Source: an uncultured Porphyromonadaceae bacterium
GTDB taxonomy: Bacteria > Bacteroidota > Bacteroidia > Bacteroidales > Muribaculaceae
Direction: 5' to 3'
DNA length: 64,000 nucleotides
Assembly (NCBI GenBank): GCA_902489275.1
Contig: CABTZK010000003.1
Coordinates: 52,283 to 116,282, forward strand
The notes under the pieces were generated by a model. It worked only from the letters and a program-made list of their open reading frames with translations, was not told the DNA's origin and ran no database searches. Positions 53,483 to 61,253 of the stretch are shown here, one piece after another. The number at the start of each line of letters is the position of its first letter. Positions within the stretch are counted from its first letter, which is position 1. The translations under genes were made by a program, and so were the position numbers.

Positions 53483-55003
53483 TCAATCGGTGGGGATGTC
53501 CTTGTTCACGTTCTTGCTGCCGATAAGCGCGTAGAAGAGAATGTAGGCCGCACACACAATCACGCAGGAAAAACTCACGATGTAGCTGCCCGACAAGTCT
53601 GCCACCCAGCCTTGGAGGGGGATGAGAATCGCGCAGCCAAACACCATGGTCATGAATGCCCCAGAGGCGATTTTAATGTATTTGCCAAGGCCCTCGACGG
53701 CCATGTTGAAGATGCCGCCCCACATGATGGACGTGAACAAGCCAATGAGGATAAAGCAAAAGATTCCAATGGGCGCTTGGGCAGAGATCACGCTGAGGGT
53801 TGACCAGTCAATGCCTGGTATGCGCACGGTGATGCTTTCGGGCAGCAACATGCCTAACAGCAACAGGACAATACTCGCCAGGGAGGCTGTCGTGACTTGT
53901 GCGCGGCTGCTCACTTTCCCGCCAACCACTCCGCCAAGCAGGCGGCCCACAAGCATCAACAGCCAGTAAACCGCGACAAGCGTTCCCGCGATGCCCGCAT
54001 TCATGCCGATGCCTGGCACGGCTTTTGAAAGGGTGGCAGAGGTCATGTCCTTTTTAGCGATTTTTTGCTCAACCTCGGCAATTTGCTGGTTGACCTCGGT
54101 CGCGTGCGCTTGGCTGCCTTGCTGGAGATTGGTGGTCAGGGCCACGTAGGCGCTTGCGGCCTGGTGGGCAGTCATGAACTTGGGATCGCTTTGGCTTTCG
54201 TAGTGTTGAAGCACCTCAACCTTGGCGGTCTTCATTTCATGCTTGTCGGCTGTTAGAAACTGGAGAATGTAGGTCGGCGGGCCAACCTCTAACCCCATAT
54301 AGAGGAAGATGGCCAAGATTCCTAGGTTGAAGTGGCGGAATGAGAATGCGCTGTACCTTTTTCCCGAGGTGGCGCTTGTCTTCTGCTCGTCGTGCGCTTC
54401 TTGCGGCTCTTCGATTCGGGTAAAGAGGAGCCCCACGAAAGCAATGGCAAACACGCCCATGGCAATGAATAGCGCTGGAGTCGCATCCGAGATGTGGGCT
54501 TTTGCCGCATCGCCAATCAGCGAACCCATGATGATGGTCACTGCCACGGCCGAGATGGAGCTGCACACGCCGCCGAATTGCACCAGCTGGTTGCCTCTGT
54601 TGCCGCCGCCGCCCAAGGAGTTCAGCAAGGGATTCACGACGGTGTTGAGCATGCACATGGTGAGGCCCGAAATGAATGCCCCGATGAGATACACCCAGAA
54701 ACTTTCAATCTCCTTCCACCCCGACATGTACTGGATAAATACCCCCGCAATGCCGATGAGGATGGCTAAAAGCGCGGTTCTCTTGTAGCCTATCTGCTTG
54801 AGAATGAATCCACTGGGGATGCCCATGACGAGATAGGCAATGAAATTGGCCGTGTTGCCGAGCTGTGAAGCGGCATTAGAGGCTCCAAATTGGTTCTTGA
54901 CAATGATGGCCATGGGTGAGCAAAGGTTAGTCACAAATGCAATCATTGCAAAAAGGAAATACATCATGACGATGGCTATCCATTGGTTTTTTCGCTGTGC
55001 CAT
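53483..55003 (-). CDS. MFS sugar transporter (FucP/GluP-like) with enlarged central loop
   Basis: 12 TMs and a FucP-like N-terminus (IAIVMMYFLFAMIAFVTNL). Start at MAQRKNQW (55003) removes the overlap with yggS. Confidence 0.7.
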   Translation of the reverse strand: MAQRKNQWIAIVMMYFLFAMIAFVTNLCSPMAIIVKNQFGASNAASQLGNTANFIAYLVMGIPSGFILKQIGYKRTALLAILIGIAGVFIQYMSGWKEIESFWVYLIGAFISGLTMCMLNTVVNPLLNSLGGGGNRGNQLVQFGGVCSSISAVAVTIIMGSLIGDAAKAHISDATPALFIAMGVFAIAFVGLLFTRIEEPQEAHDEQKTSATSGKRYSAFSFRHFNLGILAIFLYMGLEVGPPTYILQFLTADKHEMKTAKVEVLQHYESQSDPKFMTAHQAASAYVALTTNLQQGSQAHATEVNQQIAEVEQKIAKKDMTSATLSKAVPGIGMNAGIAGTLVAVYWLLMLVGRLLGGVVGGKVSSRAQVTTASLASIVLLLLGMLLPESITVRIPGIDWSTLSVISAQAPIGIFCFILIGLFTSIMWGGIFNMAVEGLGKYIKIASGAFMTMVFGCAILIPLQGWVADLSGSYIVSFSCVIVCAAYILFYALIGSKNVNKDIPTD

Positions 55004-55028
55004 TTTAGTTTGATTTTTAGGGTGGGTT

Positions 55029-55706
55029 TCAATATTCTCGTTCACCAAATAGGTCGGTTCCGATGCGGATCATCGTCGAGCCTTGGTCGACCGCGATGCG
55101 CCAATCGTGGCTCATGCCCATGCTCAGTTCCTTGAAATAATCGTTGCCGGCAAAATATCCGGCTTTCAGCGCGTCAAAGGTGCTGCGTGCGATGCCAAAT
55201 TCTTTGGCAACTTGTGCGTGGTCGCTGGTGTTGGTGGCCATGGCCATCAGCCCGCCGATGCGCACGTTGCCCAAGTCCAGGTCGTCGAGTTGGCGCAGGG
55301 TTTCTGCTTTCAGCAGTTCGTCTACGGTAAACCCGCTTTTGGTCGTCTCCTGGGCAACATGGAGCTGGAGCAGTGTGTCGACGGTGCGCCCGATGCGGGC
55401 GGCCTCTTTGTTCACCACCTTGAGCAGCTTGATGCTGTCGATGGCGTGAATGAGCGTGACGTTGGGCATGATCATGCGCGCCTTGTTGGTTTGCAGGTGC
55501 CCGATAAAGTGCCATTCAATGTCTTCGGGGAGTTGAGGGCACTTGCTCACGAGCTCTTGGGCCCTGCTTTCCCCAAAGATGCGCTGCCCGGCATCGTAGG
55601 CTTCCTGTAGTTTCTCAACAGGATGGTATTTTGACACGGCCACCAGTCTCACTCCCTTTGGGAGTTGGCTGGTGACGAGTTCAATGTTTTGTTGAATACT
55701 TGGCAT
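55029..55706 (-). CDS. yggS: YggS-family pyridoxal-phosphate homeostasis protein
   Basis: VRLVAVSKYHP (PLP lysine) and HFIGHLQTNK motifs. Confidence 0.9.
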   Translation of the reverse strand: MPSIQQNIELVTSQLPKGVRLVAVSKYHPVEKLQEAYDAGQRIFGESRAQELVSKCPQLPEDIEWHFIGHLQTNKARMIMPNVTLIHAIDSIKLLKVVNKEAARIGRTVDTLLQLHVAQETTKSGFTVDELLKAETLRQLDDLDLGNVRIGGLMAMATNTSDHAQVAKEFGIARSTFDALKAGYFAGNDYFKELSMGMSHDWRIAVDQGSTMIRIGTDLFGEREY

Positions 55707-55720
55707 TCTTTCGTGATTTG

Positions 55721-56194
55721 TTATGCTTGAGAGGCCTTGTTCGCCGCTTTGTCGGCGATGGTTTCTTTCAGGTTGGCAGTGAACACGTCCATGAGCGCCG
55801 TCTCGTTGATCTGGGCAATCTCGTAGTCAAAGAGCGTGCCTTTCATGCCCTTGGTGAAAATTTCAAGCGCTTGCTGGAAATCGCTGGCCTGTACGAGATA
55901 GAACGATGGCGTGCGTTTCTCGGCCCCGGTTTTCTCGTCGATGGTAATCATGTTGATTTTCACCTTGAACCAGCGGTCGCCGCCATCGTTCCAGAAGATA
56001 TCGTCGAAACGGCATTTCTTCACAGCGGTAACGGTGTATTCCCCCGAAATGTAAGGTTGCATTTCTTCGGTAATGCGCGCCTCGGCTTCGGTGAACGAGA
56101 GGGCGTCGACAAGATAGGGCTCTGTGACGGCCTTGATAGCGCCTGTTTCCAGCGTTTTGTCATATTTTACTTTAGTTTCAAACCATTGTGACAT
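55721..56194 (-). CDS. DUF4494-like protein
   Basis: Start at MSQWFETKVKYDK (56194). This N-terminus matches my memory of DUF4494. Confidence 0.55.
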   Translation of the reverse strand: MSQWFETKVKYDKTLETGAIKAVTEPYLVDALSFTEAEARITEEMQPYISGEYTVTAVKKCRFDDIFWNDGGDRWFKVKINMITIDEKTGAEKRTPSFYLVQASDFQQALEIFTKGMKGTLFDYEIAQINETALMDVFTANLKETIADKAANKASQA

Positions 56195-56264
56195 AATTGT
56201 TTTGTTTTTATAATCGTTAATACTCCTTGTTGTGTCTCGCATTCTGTCAGATGCGCCTCATTGC

Positions 56265-57215
56265 TTAGCGCAATGCTTTCAGGGCACGCTCGTAGCCCTC
56301 GACAAGTTCGGCCATGACCTCGGCGACAGACTGAATGGGCTGGCCGTTGAGCAGGCTTGCGACCTGGCCAATTTCCAGCTCGCCATGCTCTAAGTCTCCC
56401 TCGAAAATGCCTGTTTTCGTCTTGCCAATGCCTATGATTTCGAGCAGTTCCTGCTCGCTGGCGCCAGCGTTCTCGGCAGCGACGATGGCATCCATGAAGC
56501 CCCCCTTGACCAGCCGGGTGGGCGACAGCTTGCGCAGCCGCAGCATGGTGTCACCCTCGTTGAGGCTCAGGCACAGCTGCTTGAAGGCTTCGCTGGCCGA
56601 GCTCTCGCGGGTCAGGGCAAAGCGAGTGCCCATTTGCACGCCCTCGGCACCCAAGCATTGCGCGGCCAGGATGGCGTCGCCCGTGGCAATGCCGCCAGCA
56701 GCGATCAGGGGCAGGGTTGTCGCCTTGCGCACGGCGGGTATCAGGCACAGCGTGGTCGTCTCTTCCTTGCCGTTATGCCCGCCGGCCTCAAATCCCTCGG
56801 CCACAACAGCGTCGACACCGGCGGCCTCGCATTTCTTGGCGAAAGCCGACGATGCGACAACGTGAGCCACTTTGATGCCGCGCTCGTGGAGCCAGCCCGT
56901 CCATTTCTTTGGGCTGCCTGCACTGGTGAATACAATGGGAGCCTTGCACTCGGCAATGATCTTCATCATCTCGTCAGCCTGGGGCTTCATCAAGGGCACG
57001 TTTACGCCAAACGGGAGTGCGCCGCAGGCTTCCTTGCACTTCACGATGTGGTCGTGCAGCACCTCGGCGGTCATGGAGCCGGCGCCAATCAGGCCCAAGC
57101 CGCCAGCCTGGCTCACCGCGCTGGCCAGCCGCCAGCCGCTGCACCACACCATGCCGCCAGCGATAATAGGATATTGAATGCCAAAAACTTGAGTAATTCT
57201 TCCTTTATTAATCAT
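56265..57215 (-). CDS. fabK: FMN-dependent NAD(P)H oxidoreductase of the nitronate monooxygenase/FabK family (likely enoyl-ACP reductase II)
   Basis: FGIQYPIIAGGMVWCSG...GGLGLIGAG N-terminus and EAGGHNG motif. Confidence 0.55.
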   Translation of the reverse strand: MINKGRITQVFGIQYPIIAGGMVWCSGWRLASAVSQAGGLGLIGAGSMTAEVLHDHIVKCKEACGALPFGVNVPLMKPQADEMMKIIAECKAPIVFTSAGSPKKWTGWLHERGIKVAHVVASSAFAKKCEAAGVDAVVAEGFEAGGHNGKEETTTLCLIPAVRKATTLPLIAAGGIATGDAILAAQCLGAEGVQMGTRFALTRESSASEAFKQLCLSLNEGDTMLRLRKLSPTRLVKGGFMDAIVAAENAGASEQELLEIIGIGKTKTGIFEGDLEHGELEIGQVASLLNGQPIQSVAEVMAELVEGYERALKALR

Positions 57216-57237
57216 TTGTTTGGGGTTATTTTTGCTA

Positions 57238-57245
57238 CAAAATTA
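57238..57245 (-). promoter_or_regulatory. -7 promoter box (TAATTTTG)
   Basis: Exact TAnnTTTG on the minus strand, 23 nt upstream of ATG 57215. Confidence 0.5.
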
Positions 57246-57278
57246 GCAATTCCTTTTGAAATATTCCACAACTTCGCT

Positions 57279-57286
57279 TAACTTTG
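57279..57286 (+). promoter_or_regulatory. -7 promoter box (TAACTTTG)
   Basis: Exact TAnnTTTG, 9 nt upstream of ATG 57295. This argues against the track start at 57256. Confidence 0.5.
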
Positions 57287-57294
57287 CGGTTATC

Positions 57295-57894
57295 ATGAGT
57301 GATTTTTTTAAAACCATCAAGGCTGAATCACAAGGATTGTATAAAGAGAAGATGAGCAAGTTCATCTCGTTTGCCGTTCCTGTCGTTACGGCCAGCGAGG
57401 CGAAAGCGGTGGTGAGGCGCTTGGCTGGCGAGTATCACGACGCGCGTCATTGCTGCTGGGCCTACATGATTGGCACACGGCGTGAGGAGTTCCTGTCGAG
57501 CGACAATGGAGAGCCGTCGGGAACGGCTGGGAAACCCATTCTCGGGCAAATCAACTCTTTTGGCCTCACCAATCTCGTCATCGTGGTCATCCGCTATTTC
57601 GGCGGCATCAAGTTGGGTACGTCAGGGCTGATTGCTGCCTATCGCGAGGCAGCCCGCCAAGCCCTCGCCCGCGCCACCGTCGTCGAGTGTCACGAGCAGG
57701 CGCGGCTCAGGTTCAACTTCCCCTATCTTGCCATGAACCACATCATGAAAATCGTGAAAAGTGACGAGGTGAGCGTCGTTGAGCGGTGTTTTGACAACGA
57801 CTGCGTGATGACCGTCGAAAGTGATGCCGACAAGTTGCCCATGCTCAAAGACAAAATCTTGAAAGTTCCGGGAACGGCCATCCTTGAGCAATGA
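57295..57894 (+). CDS. yigZ: IMPACT-family protein YigZ
   Basis: KMSKFISFAVPV...DARHCCWAY...DNGEPSGTAGKPIL UPF0029 motifs. Confidence 0.8.
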   Translation: MSDFFKTIKAESQGLYKEKMSKFISFAVPVVTASEAKAVVRRLAGEYHDARHCCWAYMIGTRREEFLSSDNGEPSGTAGKPILGQINSFGLTNLVIVVIRYFGGIKLGTSGLIAAYREAARQALARATVVECHEQARLRFNFPYLAMNHIMKIVKSDEVSVVERCFDNDCVMTVESDADKLPMLKDKILKVPGTAILEQ

Positions 57895-57975
57895 GTGTTG
57901 TCAGGAAAAAACGAAAAAATCTCATTTTAAGGCGAATTATGGCAGGCCGCATGATCAAGAAACAATCATTTTTAC

Positions 57976-57983
57976 TAATTTTG
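57976..57983 (+). promoter_or_regulatory. -7 promoter box (TAATTTTG)
   Basis: Exact TAnnTTTG, 27 nt upstream of ATG 58010. Confidence 0.5.
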
Positions 57984-58009
57984 TGCCTGAATTTTAAAAG
58001 AAACTGGAA

Positions 58010-58747
58010 ATGCTCAATCTATTTCACCGCAAGAAAGAAGAAACGAAGCTGTTTTATCACACCGATGTCCATTGCCACATCTTGCAGGGAGTCGACCATG
58101 GCTCGCAAAATATCGCCCAATCGCTCGACATGCTCCGAGCCGAGATGAGCATGGGCATCACCCATGTGATCTTGACCTCGCACACGACCGAGGGCACGTT
58201 TGAGAACACCCCCGAAACGCTCAAGGCCGCCTACGACTTGCTCTGCCAGGCCGTGAGGGAGGCCGGGTTGGACATCGCGCTCGACTATTCGTCGGAATAC
58301 CGCATCGACGACTACTACATGGGGCTCTACGAGCAGGGGCGCATCGTCCCCATGCCAGGTAACTATATCCTTCTTGAGAACTCTTTCGTTCAAGAGCTCA
58401 TTGGCATCGACGAGTTGCTCTTTGACCTCCAGTGCAAGGGCTATCACCCCATTCTTGCCCATCCCGAGCGCTATCGCTACTACCATCGCCGCCACGACCG
58501 CTACGAGCAGTTGCACAGCGCCGGAGTGGCTTTCCAGGTCAATATCCTCTCGCTGGCGGGCTATTTTGGCGCTGCGACACGCGAGGCCGCCCTGTGGCTT
58601 GTCAACAATAACCTGTGCGACATGCTGGGCAGCGACATGCACAGCATGGAGCATGCCAGGATCATCAAAGATTACCTCGGCAAGAAAGAGTGGAGAAAGT
58701 TAGCCGAGAAGCTGCAAGGCCGCGTCATCAACGATGCAGTGAGGTAA
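58010..58747 (+). CDS. CpsB/CapC-type PHP-domain protein-tyrosine phosphatase
   Basis: HTDVHCHILQGVDHG N-terminal metal motif, AHPERY motif, 245 aa. Confidence 0.75.
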   Translation: MLNLFHRKKEETKLFYHTDVHCHILQGVDHGSQNIAQSLDMLRAEMSMGITHVILTSHTTEGTFENTPETLKAAYDLLCQAVREAGLDIALDYSSEYRIDDYYMGLYEQGRIVPMPGNYILLENSFVQELIGIDELLFDLQCKGYHPILAHPERYRYYHRRHDRYEQLHSAGVAFQVNILSLAGYFGAATREAALWLVNNNLCDMLGSDMHSMEHARIIKDYLGKKEWRKLAEKLQGRVINDAVR

Positions 58748-58826
58748 AAGCAACTTGTGACGGCGCGAATAACTGCCTGATACTGAAAAAGGGAAAGCAA
58801 AGTTTGGCAAAAACAAGTTTTGTTAC

Positions 58827-58834
58827 TACATTTG
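58827..58834 (+). promoter_or_regulatory. -7 promoter box (TACATTTG)
   Basis: Exact TAnnTTTG, 42 nt upstream of ATG 58876. Confidence 0.5.
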
Positions 58835-58875
58835 CACATACTTTTTAAAAACTAATTCAATTCTTGAAAATAAGC

Positions 58876-59652
58876 ATGAACAAAATTGTAAGTAAAGAAC
58901 AATTTTCAGAGAAAGTCACGAAGCTCGTCGTTGAGGCTCCCTTGATTGCCAAGGTGCGCAAGGCAGGGCATTTCGTGATTGTGCGCTGCGGCGAAAAAGG
59001 TGAGCGCATCCCGTTAACAATTGCCGACAGCGACCCCAAGGCTGGCACGATTACCCTGGTGATTCAAGCTGTAGGGAATAGCACGCAGAAAATCCTTGCG
59101 TTGAATCCTGGCGACTGCCTGACCGATGTCGTAGGGCCATTGGGCCAAGCCACCCACATCGAGAAATATGGCACGGTGTTGTGCTGTGGCGGCGGCGTGG
59201 GCGTGGCTCCACTGTTGCCCATCATTCGTGCCATGAAGGCGGCGGGCAATCGCGTGGTGAGCGTGCTTGCAGGGCGTTCCAAAGACCTCATTATTCTTGA
59301 GGACGAGGTGCGCGCGTCGAGCGATGACGTGATCATCATGACCGACGACGGCAGCTACGGCCAAAAGGGCTTGGTCACTGCTGGGGTCGAAGAGGTTATC
59401 AAGCGCGAGAAAGTTGACTTTTGCGTGACGATTGGGCCGGCTATCATGATGAAATTTGTGTCGTTACTCACCAAAAAATATGACATTCCCACTGTGGCCT
59501 CGCTCAATGCCATCATGGTCGACGGCACGGGCATGTGTGGCGCTTGCCGGGTGACGGTGGGCGGAAAGACCCGTTTCGTGTGTGTCGAGGGACCGGAGTT
59601 TGACGCTCATCAGGTCGATTTTGATGAACTCTTGATGCGTCTTCGCAATTGA
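58876..59652 (+). CDS. Sulfide/dihydroorotate-dehydrogenase-like FAD/NAD-binding subunit (NfnA-like)
   Basis: FNR-like fold (GHFVIVR, CGGGVGVAP) and a C-terminal 2Fe-2S motif GMCGACRV...FVCVEGPEF. Confidence 0.65.
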   Translation: MNKIVSKEQFSEKVTKLVVEAPLIAKVRKAGHFVIVRCGEKGERIPLTIADSDPKAGTITLVIQAVGNSTQKILALNPGDCLTDVVGPLGQATHIEKYGTVLCCGGGVGVAPLLPIIRAMKAAGNRVVSVLAGRSKDLIILEDEVRASSDDVIIMTDDGSYGQKGLVTAGVEEVIKREKVDFCVTIGPAIMMKFVSLLTKKYDIPTVASLNAIMVDGTGMCGACRVTVGGKTRFVCVEGPEFDAHQVDFDELLMRLRN

Positions 59653-59693
59653 TTTTTATTTATTCTTTTGTCATTCATAATTTTTGAACAATC

Positions 59694-61151
59694 ATGGAAA
59701 GTAATATAGACGAATCGCGCAATGAGCAGTGGCGTGTAGACTTGAGAAACAGCAAGTCACCCAAGGAGCGCACGGCCATTGAGCGCGTGGTGATGCCTCA
59801 ACTCGACCCCAAATACCGCATTACCTGTAACGAGGAAGTGAACCAGGGCATCAGCGAGGAGCAGGCTGTGCTTGAGGCCAGCCGTTGCCTTGACTGCAAC
59901 AACCCGCAATGTGTGACGGGATGCCCGGTGAGCATCAATATCCCAAAATTCATCAAGAACATCGAGCGCAGGAACTTTGCAGCAGCAGCCGCCACGCTCA
60001 AGGAAACCAGCTCGCTCCCTGCCGTCTGTGGCCGCGTGTGCCCTCAAGAGAAGCAGTGCGAGAGCAAGTGCATTCACAACAAAATGAAGCACCCGGCTGT
60101 GGCTATCGGCTACCTGGAGCGTTTTGCCGCCGACTGGCAGCGCAACAGCGGCATCGAGGAGAAACCTGTGATGAAGCCACGAAATGGCATCAAGGTGGCC
60201 GTGATTGGCTCTGGCCCGTCAGGACTGTCCTTTGCAGGCGACATGATCAAGAAAGGCTATGAGGTGACCGTCTTCGAGGCGTTGCATGAGATTGGCGGCG
60301 TGTTGAAGTATGGCATCCCCGAGTTCCGCTTGCCCAACAGCATTGTTGATTTTGAGATTGACGGCTTGCGCAAGATGGGTGTCAAGTTTGAGAAGGACGT
60401 GGTGATTGGCAAGACTTTAACCTATGACGATCTGCACGAAATGGGCTTCAAGGGCGTGTTTGTTGGCTCTGGGGCCGGGTTCCCGCGATTCATGAACATC
60501 CCAGGCGAAAACCTCAAGGGCGTGATGTCGAGCAACGAGTACCTCACGCGCATCAACTTGATGCAGGCTGGGCATGGTGGCGACACCACGGTGCTTGAGG
60601 GCGACACCATCGCCGTAATCGGTGGCGGCAATACGGCAATGGACTCGACGCGCACCGCGCTGCGCATGGGGGCCAAGCGTGTGATCTTGGTTTATCGCCG
60701 TAGCCAGGAAGAAATGCCCGCTCGCCTTGAAGAGGTCGGCCATGCCCAGGAGGAAGGTGTGGAGTTCATGACTTTGCACAATCCTGTTGAGTATATTGGT
60801 AACGACAAGGGATTTGTGAAAGCCATGAAAGTGCAGCGCATGGAATTGGGCGAACCCGATGCGTCGGGTCGCCGCAAGCCAGTGCCCATTGAGGGCGCGA
60901 TTGAGGAAATCCCGGTTGATATTGTGATTGTTGCCGTAGGCGTCTCACCCAACCAGCTTGTCCCGAAATCCATCAAGGGCTTGAACGTGAGCAACCGCAA
61001 CACCATCATTGTGAACGAGGAAACCATGCAGAGCAATGTGGATGACCTCTTTGCAGGAGGTGACATCGTGCGAGGTGGCGCGACCGTGATTCTCGCGATG
61101 GGCGATGGCCGCCGCGCTGCTCAAAACATGGACAAGGCATTGAGCAAATAG
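59694..61151 (+). CDS. NADPH-dependent glutamate synthase small-chain homologue (GltD/NfnB-like)
   Basis: N-terminal Cys clusters (CLDCNNPQCVTGCP, CGRVCPQEKQCESKC) and dinucleotide folds VAVIGSGPSGLS and IAVIGGGNTAMD. Confidence 0.75.
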   Translation: MESNIDESRNEQWRVDLRNSKSPKERTAIERVVMPQLDPKYRITCNEEVNQGISEEQAVLEASRCLDCNNPQCVTGCPVSINIPKFIKNIERRNFAAAAATLKETSSLPAVCGRVCPQEKQCESKCIHNKMKHPAVAIGYLERFAADWQRNSGIEEKPVMKPRNGIKVAVIGSGPSGLSFAGDMIKKGYEVTVFEALHEIGGVLKYGIPEFRLPNSIVDFEIDGLRKMGVKFEKDVVIGKTLTYDDLHEMGFKGVFVGSGAGFPRFMNIPGENLKGVMSSNEYLTRINLMQAGHGGDTTVLEGDTIAVIGGGNTAMDSTRTALRMGAKRVILVYRRSQEEMPARLEEVGHAQEEGVEFMTLHNPVEYIGNDKGFVKAMKVQRMELGEPDASGRRKPVPIEGAIEEIPVDIVIVAVGVSPNQLVPKSIKGLNVSNRNTIIVNEETMQSNVDDLFAGGDIVRGGATVILAMGDGRRAAQNMDKALSK

Positions 61152-61197
61152 CGAGGTCGCTTGTAGCCTCAAAGCCACTGGCCATCGGCCATACATG

Positions 61198-61238
61198 CAA
61201 GTGCCCGCTTGGAGACAATAACCCCAGGCGGGCACTTG
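61198..61238. terminator. Hairpin between convergent genes (possible bidirectional terminator)
   Basis: CAAGTGCCCGC (61198-61208) pairs perfectly with GCGGGCACTTG (61228-61238). No clear T-run on either side. Confidence 0.4.
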
Positions 61239-61253
61239 CTGGTTCTGTAGGTC

